A program made the position numbers and the translations under genes. From NCBI GenBank assembly GCA_016839555.1, contig JAEOUA010000001.1:32001-96000 (forward strand): DNA of 64,000 bases, written 5' to 3'. This document shows positions 10,667 through 19,450 of the stretch, piece by piece (positions within the stretch are counted from its first letter, which is position 1; every line of letters starts with the position of its first letter). Under the pieces are notes generated by a model. The model did no database searches. It saw only the letters and a program-made list of their open reading frames with translations, and had not been told where the DNA came from. Origin of the DNA: Promethearchaeota archaeon (GTDB lineage: Archaea; Asgardarchaeota; Lokiarchaeia; Sigyniarchaeales; SOKP01).

Positions 10667-12808
10667 TTATTTTTTTAAAATCTCTTTTTTTTTTGGAATT
10701 GAAAAATAGAAGATAGATCCTTTACCAACTTGTGATTTTACCCATATTTTTCCACCAAGACGCTCAACAATTTTTTTACATAGAGCTAAGCCAATTCCAG
10801 TTCCTCCATATTCATTTTTTTTATGCAGTCGCTGAAAAATGATAAATATTCGATCAAAATATTGAGAATCAATTCCGATTCCATTATCTTGTACGGAGAA
10901 AATCCATTCATCTTTTTTTTCTTTAACAGAAACATGAATTCTAGGTGGTTCCTCCCCATGGAATTTTAAAGCATTAGAAATTAAATTTTGAAATAATTGA
11001 ACAATTTCCGTCTCATTTGCAATTACCATAGGTAACTTTTCATGTGTAATTTTTGCTTTTGTATCTTCAATTGTATCTCTTAAATTATTTAGGACATCTT
11101 TTAAAACGATACTTGTATTGATTGGTTTAAGCGGTTTATCGCCTCTTCCTACTCGAGAATAAATTAACAAATCATTTATTAGGTTTTGCATTCGTTTTGC
11201 TCCATCAACAATAAAAGTGATAAAGTCATCAGCATCCTTATCCAATCTATTTTTATAGCGTTTTTCCAATAATTGAGTAAAGCTTGAAATCATTCGAAGG
11301 GGTTCTTGAAGGTCGTGTGAAGCCACATATGCAAATCGCTCAAGCTCCCTATTTTTCTTCTTTAATTCTTCTAAAGTTTCTTGAATTTCTTTTTCCGCCT
11401 TCTTGCGTTTCTGTCCTTGTAGATCCCTTTGCAATCTCGCCTTTAAGATAGGGGCTATTTGATTAGTAATATTCTCCATTATTTTAAGATCATTCTCATT
11501 ATAGTCTGTGTCTTTATTAGCAACTTGTATTAATCCTATAACTTTATCTCTATGAATAATGGGGGCACTAATATTTCTTGTAATAGAAATATGTCCTTTA
11601 GGTGTACGATTTGATGGCTTATTTGAATACAGGATTTTTTTTTGGCTAATAGAACGAGGCCAAATACTATCTCCCCACGTTTCTTTGGGAAAAGTGAATG
11701 TCTTATCAGGAACTTGACATTGATCCCAAACCTCTCGGGTCATTGTAGGAATTACTAAATCACCATTTTCTTCAATATATCCAAAAGTTCCATATTGACT
11801 CTCCATAACTTCCAAAATAATATCTAATACTTTTCCGTACATTTCTTTATCGGCTATTGTAAGAAAAACTGTAGATATTCGAGTTATGATTGAAAGCTCT
11901 CTTTCCCTTTCTTCTAGTTCTTTTGTTTTTTTATCTATTAATGATTCAAGTCCCTTTTCTAGCTGAATTTTTGCGATAACAGTACCTGCTTCTCTGCCTA
12001 TTGCTTGTAGAATGCGTTTTTCCCCTTCAGTAAACTGATATCGGTCTTTTAATGTAATATTTAGAGCACCCATTACTTTACCCTTATTAAGCAATGGAAT
12101 ACTCGCTAGTCCTTTGAGTTCATACTTACTTGCTAATTCAGGTTCTACTTTTTCATAATTATCTATAATAAAAGGTTGACCATCCACTAAAACGGTTTTA
12201 TGTGGTGGAATATCATCAATTTTAATATGTTTAAATTTATCAACAAAATCAGTTGGAAGTCCTTGATGGTATTTTATTTCTGCGGTTCTTGTTTCCACAT
12301 CAACTAGATAAATCGCACCTCCACTAAACTCCGTTAATTCTAATATAGAATTTAAAATAATTTCTAATAATTCTGATAAATTTTTTGCTCTATTCCCTAG
12401 TATGATTATCTCATTAAGAATTTCCAGTTTTTTAATATTTGATTTAACTTTTTGTTCTAATTTTTTTTTTTCAGTTATATCTTCTGCCATCTCAAATCTT
12501 ACCTTTTTTCCTTCCCATTCTATTGCTTGATCTGTATTATGAAACCATTTTTCTATTTTTTTATTATAACAATCCCAAATATAGGGTGAAATAGGATTCT
12601 CTCCGAAAAGTTTATCATTCGTGCAGAAAGGACAAGGTTGGTCTAATGCTTGAAATATTTTATAACATTTTTTTCCTATAATATCGCCAGGAAATAGTTT
12701 ACGCATTATTTTATTTACATATAAGATCTTGTAGGTCTCTGGATCTGAAATATAGATTGCTTGTTTCATCCCTTCAAAGATTTTTTTAAATATTAAGTCT
12801 TCCGACAT
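10667..12808 (-). CDS. PAS-GAF-GAF sensor histidine kinase with Cph1/BphP-type transmitter
   Basis: FAYVASHDLQEPLR, NLISNALKF, DNGIG, FQRLH, GTGIGL. Cys-rich N-terminal PAS and two GAF domains. Confidence 0.93.
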   Translation of the reverse strand: MSEDLIFKKIFEGMKQAIYISDPETYKILYVNKIMRKLFPGDIIGKKCYKIFQALDQPCPFCTNDKLFGENPISPYIWDCYNKKIEKWFHNTDQAIEWEGKKVRFEMAEDITEKKKLEQKVKSNIKKLEILNEIIILGNRAKNLSELLEIILNSILELTEFSGGAIYLVDVETRTAEIKYHQGLPTDFVDKFKHIKIDDIPPHKTVLVDGQPFIIDNYEKVEPELASKYELKGLASIPLLNKGKVMGALNITLKDRYQFTEGEKRILQAIGREAGTVIAKIQLEKGLESLIDKKTKELEERERELSIITRISTVFLTIADKEMYGKVLDIILEVMESQYGTFGYIEENGDLVIPTMTREVWDQCQVPDKTFTFPKETWGDSIWPRSISQKKILYSNKPSNRTPKGHISITRNISAPIIHRDKVIGLIQVANKDTDYNENDLKIMENITNQIAPILKARLQRDLQGQKRKKAEKEIQETLEELKKKNRELERFAYVASHDLQEPLRMISSFTQLLEKRYKNRLDKDADDFITFIVDGAKRMQNLINDLLIYSRVGRGDKPLKPINTSIVLKDVLNNLRDTIEDTKAKITHEKLPMVIANETEIVQLFQNLISNALKFHGEEPPRIHVSVKEKKDEWIFSVQDNGIGIDSQYFDRIFIIFQRLHKKNEYGGTGIGLALCKKIVERLGGKIWVKSQVGKGSIFYFSIPKKKEILKK

Positions 12809-12882
12809 GTTTTCCCTTGTATTTCTACCATTTAAATTTGAATAATATTATTTTTATTAGATTTTTATTGAGAATTGAGTAT

Positions 12883-12895
12883 AAAAAAAAAAAAA
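12883..12895 (-). terminator. Oligo-T tract (T13 on minus strand), possible archaeal terminator
   Basis: 13 consecutive A on the + strand, ~105 nt downstream of the 13002-13679 stop. Confidence 0.35.
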
Positions 12896-13001
12896 TGAAT
12901 TAGCATCTCTTCTTTTTTCTGAAGCCTAGCACAAATTAACTTTTTCTTCTCTAACATTTATTCTATACAATCTTAGTTCAAATTTTCATAAAAAACTATA
13001 A

Positions 13002-13679
13002 TTATCCTTGCAAAGAACTTTGAAGATCATTTTCAAGCGCTTTAATAATATCTTCACAAGAATCAAGCATTAATCCAACATAATTAAGCACAGTATCTTC
13101 GGTGATGCTTCCAGTCTCTTTTTTTTCTTCAAAAATTAATTCACAAAAACCTTGTATTGTATTTATTCCGCTTCTAATTTTAAGTTGAAATGCTTCCAAG
13201 GGTGTCATTTCATCTTTATCAATATATATCTGTTGTATTTTATTAAAATAGTCCTTAAAAATCTTAAAATCGTCTTTTAAAATGTTTTTCTCGCCAATTT
13301 TTCGGAAAAGCATTTCAATTCTTTTAAAATGGAGTATGGGGAGTAGTGGAAAATCGCTATGCCTTAATAAAATGATAGCATATAATTGTTTTTGACCTCT
13401 TGCTTCCTTATCTTTAATGTCCACTTTACATATCTGCGAATAAAAGTTATAATAATTTAAAATAACAAACTTATTCTTTGTATTTAAAGCATCTCTTAGT
13501 AAATTTTTAATAAACTGATCATTATCAAATTTAATTGGAGAAAATAGAGCTTTAGGACCCAATACATGATCATACTTCCCTATAATTATCAAAAAAGGAA
13601 AATGATCCAAATATTCCTTAACTTCATTTGAAAGTTCAGCATCAGAATTAAAAGGAGCTTTTTCAGATCTTTTTTGCAT
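13002..13679 (-). CDS. Folliculin/SMCR8-like uDENN-longin domain fused to a His-less HisKA (DHp)-like domain
   Basis: IIGKYDHVLGPKALF (uDENN strand 1-2 motif) and IKDKEARGQKQLYAII (arginine-finger loop). The C-terminal FQLKIRSGINTIQGFCELIFEE aligns without gaps to the neighbouring H-box MSHELRTPLNPIIGFTDLLLEE. Confidence 0.75.
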   Translation of the reverse strand: MQKRSEKAPFNSDAELSNEVKEYLDHFPFLIIIGKYDHVLGPKALFSPIKFDNDQFIKNLLRDALNTKNKFVILNYYNFYSQICKVDIKDKEARGQKQLYAIILLRHSDFPLLPILHFKRIEMLFRKIGEKNILKDDFKIFKDYFNKIQQIYIDKDEMTPLEAFQLKIRSGINTIQGFCELIFEEKKETGSITEDTVLNYVGLMLDSCEDIIKALENDLQSSLQG

Positions 13680-14078
13680 TTTTCTTCTCCTTGCCGACTT
13701 ATCTGAATTAATATTTTTGTAAAATAATAAATTCTTTATTATGATTTAAGTAAATGATATGTTAAATATATATACTAACAACCAAAATTATATTATATAA
13801 ATATATCGAATTTAATACTATTTTATAATTGAAAATAATACATTAAGAAAGTAAGATTTATGAAAGAAAAACCCAGAGCAGGAGAAAATAATTAAAAAGT
13901 TTAGTTTATAGTGTATTATATTAAAAAAAAATATTAAAAACCATATATTTATTATAATGATGATAAATATTTGACACTTTCATCTAATTTTGATATTTTT
14001 CTGAATTAATACTGGATTTTATTTATATTTTGATTATAATACAATTTTTTAAAATTAATCATTTGGATTAGATTAAGA

Positions 14079-16121
14079 ATGAAAAAGAAAAAAAGTATAA
14101 ATAAAAAGCAACGAAAAAAGGATAAGAAATCAAAAGAATCTTTGAGAAGATATAAACTTATTTCAGAAAACGCAAATGATATGATTGCTATTTTAAATGA
14201 TAAATATGAATATGAATATATTAATGAGAAAACCTCATATAGGATAATGGGATATAAAAAAGGGGATGTTATCGGTATTTCAGCTCTTAAATTCATACAT
14301 CCAAATGATCTTAAAAAAGTTATGCATTATTTGAAGGAGAGTTATGATATTGGAAAAGGTAGGATGCAGTTTCGATTCAAACATAAAGATGGATATTGGG
14401 TTTGGCTTGAAAGCAGAGGGAAAACATTTTTAGATATAGATGGGGGAAAAAAAGATTTAATTATTTCTCGAGATATATCCAATCAAAAAGAGCTGGAAAA
14501 TGAATTAAAGGAGCGAATAAAAGAACTTACATTAATTAATAGGCTAACTAAGATTATTGAGAGAAATGGTTCAAAATTAAAAGAAATTTTACAAAATGCA
14601 GTAAAATTAATGCCCTCAGCTTTTCAATTTCCAGAAATTACTTGTGCTATGATTTTTTATAATGATATTGAGTATAAAACAAAAAATTATAAAGAAACTA
14701 AATGGGGATTATCATCTAAAATATTAATTAATGGAGAACCGGTAGGAACTATTAAAGTATATTATATAAAGGATATAGGAGAATTTGATAAGGAACCATT
14801 TTTAATAGAGGAAAAAAGCTTAATCAGGACTTTCTCTACTACATTAGGAACACTTTTAGAACGAATAGAAATGGAAAAGAGATTAAAAAAATCAAAAAAG
14901 AAATATCAATATATCTCTCAAGAATTGGAAGAAATTATTGATGCAATTCCAGGATTAGTGTTTTTTAAAGACAAGAAAAATAATTATGTTCGTGTTAATA
15001 GATACATTGCTGAGGCCCATAATATGTCGAAACAAGAGTTAGAGGGTACAAGTTGTTTCTCTTTATATCCAAAAGAGGAAGCGCAACAATATTGGGAAGG
15101 CGATTTAGAAGTCATTGAAAGTGGAAAACCAAAATTGAACATTGAAGAGAAATGGGAAATGAAAGAAGGTAGACGTTGGTTAAATACAAGTAAAATCCCA
15201 TACATCGATGAAAATGGAGAAATTAAGGGTATAATAGGAATATCCATTGATATCACGGAGCGTAAAAAAACGGAACAATTGAAAGATCAACTTAACAAAG
15301 AATTAGAGGAAAAAGTAAAAAGGCGGACAATTGAATTACAGAATGCATTAAAGAAACAGAAATTACTGCTTGAACAAATATCAAAGGCATCACTTTTTAA
15401 ATCAAAATTTATGGCAGAAATGTCCCATGAGTTACGAACCCCATTAAATTCTATAATTGGATTTACTGATTTATTACTTGAAGGAAGTTATGGTTCTTTA
15501 AATGAAACTCAAGAAGAATTTTTGGAAGATGTCAAATCGAGTGCAGATCATCTATTAAGTCTTATTAAATCTATAATGGATATATCAAAAATAGAATCTG
15601 GAGAGATGGAGCTAAATTTATCTAATTTCTCAATCAAAACCATGTTAAATAATATAATATCAGAATTTGAACCTTCTTTAAATAAAAAAAAGCTCAAGAT
15701 TGAATTGCATGGAATAGATGAGAATAAGAAAATTTTAGCAGATCCGATAAAACTAAAGTCTATTTTTTATAATTTAATTTCTAATGCTGTGAAGTTTACA
15801 ATAGAGGGCAGAATTGACATTATTTTTAATGATAAAAAGGATTACTGGGAATTTAAAATCAAAGACAGTGGCATTGGGATTGCTAAGGAAGATTTTGACA
15901 CTTTATTTCAAGAATTTAAAAAAGTAAAAACACCTTATGTTAGTGATAAAGAGGGAACTGGATTAGGTTTACCATTATCAAAGAAATTAATTATCATGCA
16001 CGGGGGAGAGATAAAATTTGAGAGTGAGGAAGGAAAGGGAACAATATTCACATTTTCTATTCCTAAAAGTCCTAAAGAAGAAAGCAAATCAAAAATTCAA
16101 GAGTTTTTTAAAAGTCTTTAA
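14079..16121 (+). CDS. Soluble PAS-GAF-like-PAS sensor histidine kinase
   Basis: PAS (FIHPND...GYWVWLES), GAF-like LKERIKEL...PFLIEE, second PAS, SHELRTPLN, NAVKFT, DSGIG, GTGLGL. Confidence 0.95.
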   Translation: MKKKKSINKKQRKKDKKSKESLRRYKLISENANDMIAILNDKYEYEYINEKTSYRIMGYKKGDVIGISALKFIHPNDLKKVMHYLKESYDIGKGRMQFRFKHKDGYWVWLESRGKTFLDIDGGKKDLIISRDISNQKELENELKERIKELTLINRLTKIIERNGSKLKEILQNAVKLMPSAFQFPEITCAMIFYNDIEYKTKNYKETKWGLSSKILINGEPVGTIKVYYIKDIGEFDKEPFLIEEKSLIRTFSTTLGTLLERIEMEKRLKKSKKKYQYISQELEEIIDAIPGLVFFKDKKNNYVRVNRYIAEAHNMSKQELEGTSCFSLYPKEEAQQYWEGDLEVIESGKPKLNIEEKWEMKEGRRWLNTSKIPYIDENGEIKGIIGISIDITERKKTEQLKDQLNKELEEKVKRRTIELQNALKKQKLLLEQISKASLFKSKFMAEMSHELRTPLNSIIGFTDLLLEGSYGSLNETQEEFLEDVKSSADHLLSLIKSIMDISKIESGEMELNLSNFSIKTMLNNIISEFEPSLNKKKLKIELHGIDENKKILADPIKLKSIFYNLISNAVKFTIEGRIDIIFNDKKDYWEFKIKDSGIGIAKEDFDTLFQEFKKVKTPYVSDKEGTGLGLPLSKKLIIMHGGEIKFESEEGKGTIFTFSIPKSPKEESKSKIQEFFKSL

Positions 16122-16275
16122 ATTCAGCTAGTATTTTAAAAAATTCAAATTTATTTTTGAATTACTTTATAAAATCCTAGAATTTATGCGAACAAATCTA
16201 TATGATTATCCTGAGTGGTTAGCATAAGTAATCTATTTGTATAAATACTAGAAAAAATTTGCCAGGTCAGTAATA

Positions 16276-17166
16276 TTATGCTGAGATTGGATTCAGTTCC
16301 ATAATCATATGAATTAGTTTTACTCCCTTGTTTTCTTTGGTTAATCCTACTTTAGAAACTTCTTGTTTTAACTTCTCTCTAAAAAATTCGCTTCTTTTTG
16401 TTGATTTAACTTTATTTGTTTCCGAGAGAATATCGATAAAACCTAATTTTTTCAATCTTCTTAAGTGAAATAATAAATCCTCTTTACTTAAGTCTAATTC
16501 TGATTCCAATTTTTCAGTTTTCATTACCTCTAAAGGATCAAAATAAAGTAAGATTTCAAGTTCAGTTTTTAAATCTTGAAAATCTGAATTAGAAATTGGG
16601 ATTATATCCATTTCTAAACTACTCTTTAAAATATTAAATATTATTTTAAACGTATCATAAAAATAATCCTTAGTTATAGAAGTGCCGAAAATTTTTATTT
16701 TTTGACCAGTAGGATATTGTTTTGTGAAAAAGTTTTCAATTATTTTTATTTTTTGAGAGATATAACTTGGATTAACTAAATCAATTTTATGAATCAAGAC
16801 ATAAATCTCACAATCAGATATAAAATTTAGATTTTTCTTAATATTTAAAATATTTATTAGAAAAGGTACAATAGACTCTACAGAGCATGTAATATCAAAT
16901 ACACATATAATAATATCTGCGTATTTAAAGACATCCTTCCTATGGGTAAACCAATTCTCATTTTCTTGTCCGGCTAAATCAAAAATACCTAATTGAGAAT
17001 TGAAGAGCGAAAATAAATTAGAATTAACACCTCTCGTTGGCTCCAATGGTTTATTTAACAACCTAAGTGGATTTGCTTTTTTAAAGAAGACATTAGTTAT
17101 TGTTGTTTTACCTGTTGCTGGTGGACCTATTATAATAACCTTATTTTTTGTTTGCATTGATATCAC
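16276..17166 (-). CDS. Rag-like small GTPase with C-terminal winged helix (paralog of the 1198..2880 N-half)
   Basis: GPPATGKTT, EPTRG, DLAGQENENWFT, HKID, TSI. wHTH LESELDLSKEDLLFHLRRLKKLGFI. Confidence 0.85.
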   Translation of the reverse strand: MISMQTKNKVIIIGPPATGKTTITNVFFKKANPLRLLNKPLEPTRGVNSNLFSLFNSQLGIFDLAGQENENWFTHRKDVFKYADIIICVFDITCSVESIVPFLINILNIKKNLNFISDCEIYVLIHKIDLVNPSYISQKIKIIENFFTKQYPTGQKIKIFGTSITKDYFYDTFKIIFNILKSSLEMDIIPISNSDFQDLKTELEILLYFDPLEVMKTEKLESELDLSKEDLLFHLRRLKKLGFIDILSETNKVKSTKRSEFFREKLKQEVSKVGLTKENKGVKLIHMIMELNPISA

Positions 17167-17879
17167 TTCTTATTATTTTTGAATTTAAACTAAATACTTA
17201 AAATAAACGTTATATTCTTAAAGAAAATTTAAAATTATTCTTATAATAAATTTACAAAAGTTAATTCTTATAAACCCTATTAAAAATTTTTCGTTAGTTC
17301 ATCAAAGATAGGAGGTTGCCTTTTAAATGTTTTTATCTCTAAAAAATGTTCATAAAACTCAAAAAAAGGGATAATAAATTGAACATTATTTAGAAATTCA
17401 CTTATTTTGCATACTAATTTTTATTAATTAAAATTATCAATCATTTATATAGATCATCCTTCAAAATTTACTCCTAAATAATTTGAGACCATTAAGTTTA
17501 TATCATTAAAATCACCAATAAAATCCTATGGAAGGTTTGAACAAATATTAAATACACTAAAAATTAAAGAAAATAATGTTATATAATATATATTAGCTTA
17601 TTTAACAAAAATAAAATATAATTAAAAAAAATACTTTGAAAAAAATCTCTAATTATCTTACTTTATTATTCTTAAAATTCCCCTCTCAAGTATTTTCTAA
17701 AATATCTTGATACTTTTTTTCAGTAATTTTTAAAACCTTTAACCAATTATCAGTTAATTTTAAAAATTCATAAGAAATTAAAAAAATTAAGAGAATATAA
17801 TTCAAAGAAACTTTATAGTTTTCAGTCATTATTATTATAAAAATTAAAATTAAATTACCTTTAATATAAGAATTTTGAA

Positions 17880-18737
17880 ATGAAAATTGATGTTCATTGT
17901 CATATTTTTAAAGAAGGCGTTACAAAAAAATCTATAGATAAGCAATTCAACCAATTTTCTGGATATGGTTTTTATGAAAGGATTAAAAAAGATTTGACGA
18001 GTTTCAAAACGATTGAAATAAATAATATTATTAAAAAAACACTGTTTCATGTTAGAAAAGCTCAATTAGATAAAGTTGTTCTTTTACCAATAAATATGGG
18101 AGAAAATAAGCAAGTTATTGAATGGTATAAGGAAGCCCCCGATATTTTTATTCCCTTTTTTAACCCACCAGAAAAATCAGATCCCAAAATTGATATTCAA
18201 AAGATATTAGGTAAAGCTATACTAGATGGTGTTAAGGGTTTAAAAATTATGCTCTCATTTCGTAAAAAACTTTTAAATGATGAGATACTTTATCCCGCTT
18301 TTGAACTTGCTCAGAAATATAATTTACTTATATTAATGCATACAGGTTATCCTCCTCCAGGAACTCAAATAAATGTACTAACATATTCTAACCCAATTAA
18401 AATCGAGGAAATTTTGCAATCTTTTCCTAAATTAAAAATAATTATTGCACATATGGGATTTCCGTGGGTTGATATCGCACTCGCCTTAGCGGTTCAATAT
18501 ATTAATATATTTTTAGATATAAGCAACCTAAATTATATGATGCCTAATAGATTAAAAGATTTTATTGTCCACGCAAAAGAATTAGTAGGAATAGATAAAT
18601 TATTATTTGGTTCTGATGGGTTTATTCCAGAGATGATTGAATTAACAGTGAAAAAATTCGAAACTATTAAATATTTGTCTAAAGAAGAAATTGCAAAAAT
18701 TATGGGTTTAAATGCTCAAAAATTATTATTTACATAA
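17880..18737 (+). CDS. Amidohydrolase_2 family metal-dependent hydrolase
   Basis: IDVHCH, GLK, MHTG, IAHMGFP, FGSDG. Confidence 0.9.
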   Translation: MKIDVHCHIFKEGVTKKSIDKQFNQFSGYGFYERIKKDLTSFKTIEINNIIKKTLFHVRKAQLDKVVLLPINMGENKQVIEWYKEAPDIFIPFFNPPEKSDPKIDIQKILGKAILDGVKGLKIMLSFRKKLLNDEILYPAFELAQKYNLLILMHTGYPPPGTQINVLTYSNPIKIEEILQSFPKLKIIIAHMGFPWVDIALALAVQYINIFLDISNLNYMMPNRLKDFIVHAKELVGIDKLLFGSDGFIPEMIELTVKKFETIKYLSKEEIAKIMGLNAQKLLFT

Positions 18738-19065
18738 AAGTAATGGGTAATTTTACTATAAATAGAACACCTATATTTCTAACCTCTGATTGATCTAATA
18801 TTTGGCATTGAGTAAACTATTTATTAAAGATTTAAGATCTTTCCCTATTCAATTTATTTTTTGAATATATTTTATAATTTAATCATTGAATTCATCATTC
18901 TAGAGATATAATGTATTTTGTGGAATTAAATAAAGAGTTTAATGATTTTTAAATTCATTTTTAATTTCTAGGGATGAGATTTATATATAATCTTCTTCTT
19001 TATGCATAATAATAAATAAAAATTTCATTACAAATTTAAAACATATAAAATATGGAGGTATAAAT

Positions 19066-19305
19066 ATGCTTGGTCAATTAATAGATCTATTCGAAGAACA
19101 ATTCGTGTTAGATCCTTTATGGCTGATAGGTGCAATTATTGGAGGTCTAATTTTTGTTGTTATATGGATTCTTATTGTTCAATATATCTATAAAGATGCC
19201 GTTAAAAAGGATCTAAATGCGGAAATATGGCTATTAATTATATTAGTTTCCCCGATTATTAGTTGGATTGTCTATTTTATCGTACGAAATTATAAGAAAA
19301 AATAA
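19066..19305 (+). CDS. Small two-helix membrane protein (PLDc N-terminal-like)
   Basis: Upstream GGAGGT Shine-Dalgarno. YKDA...WLLIIL...P...YF pattern with two hydrophobic helices. Confidence 0.7.
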   Translation: MLGQLIDLFEEQFVLDPLWLIGAIIGGLIFVVIWILIVQYIYKDAVKKDLNAEIWLLIILVSPIISWIVYFIVRNYKKK

Positions 19306-19450
19306 GGGAAATTTTTTATTTCTAAAATATTACTATTTTATTTTTTTTAACTCTTTATAGATAATTTTGACCTAGAAAATTATACTTATTTATCAATACT
19401 CTTAAAATATTTTATTTTTCATTAAGAAAATGGTTTTTATTGTGTAATAA

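Noticed and set aside
10667-12808. Phytochrome call, prompted by the Cph1-type transmitter, the Rcp1 neighbour and a DIP tripeptide
   Set aside because: No PAS-GAF-PHY core, no PRxSF tongue and no bilin-binding CH motif in context.
17167-17879. 713-nt intergenic gap as a possible ncRNA or small gene
   Set aside because: Extremely AT-rich with no stable stems or repeats. The GGAGGT near 17311 precedes only a 14-codon ORF.
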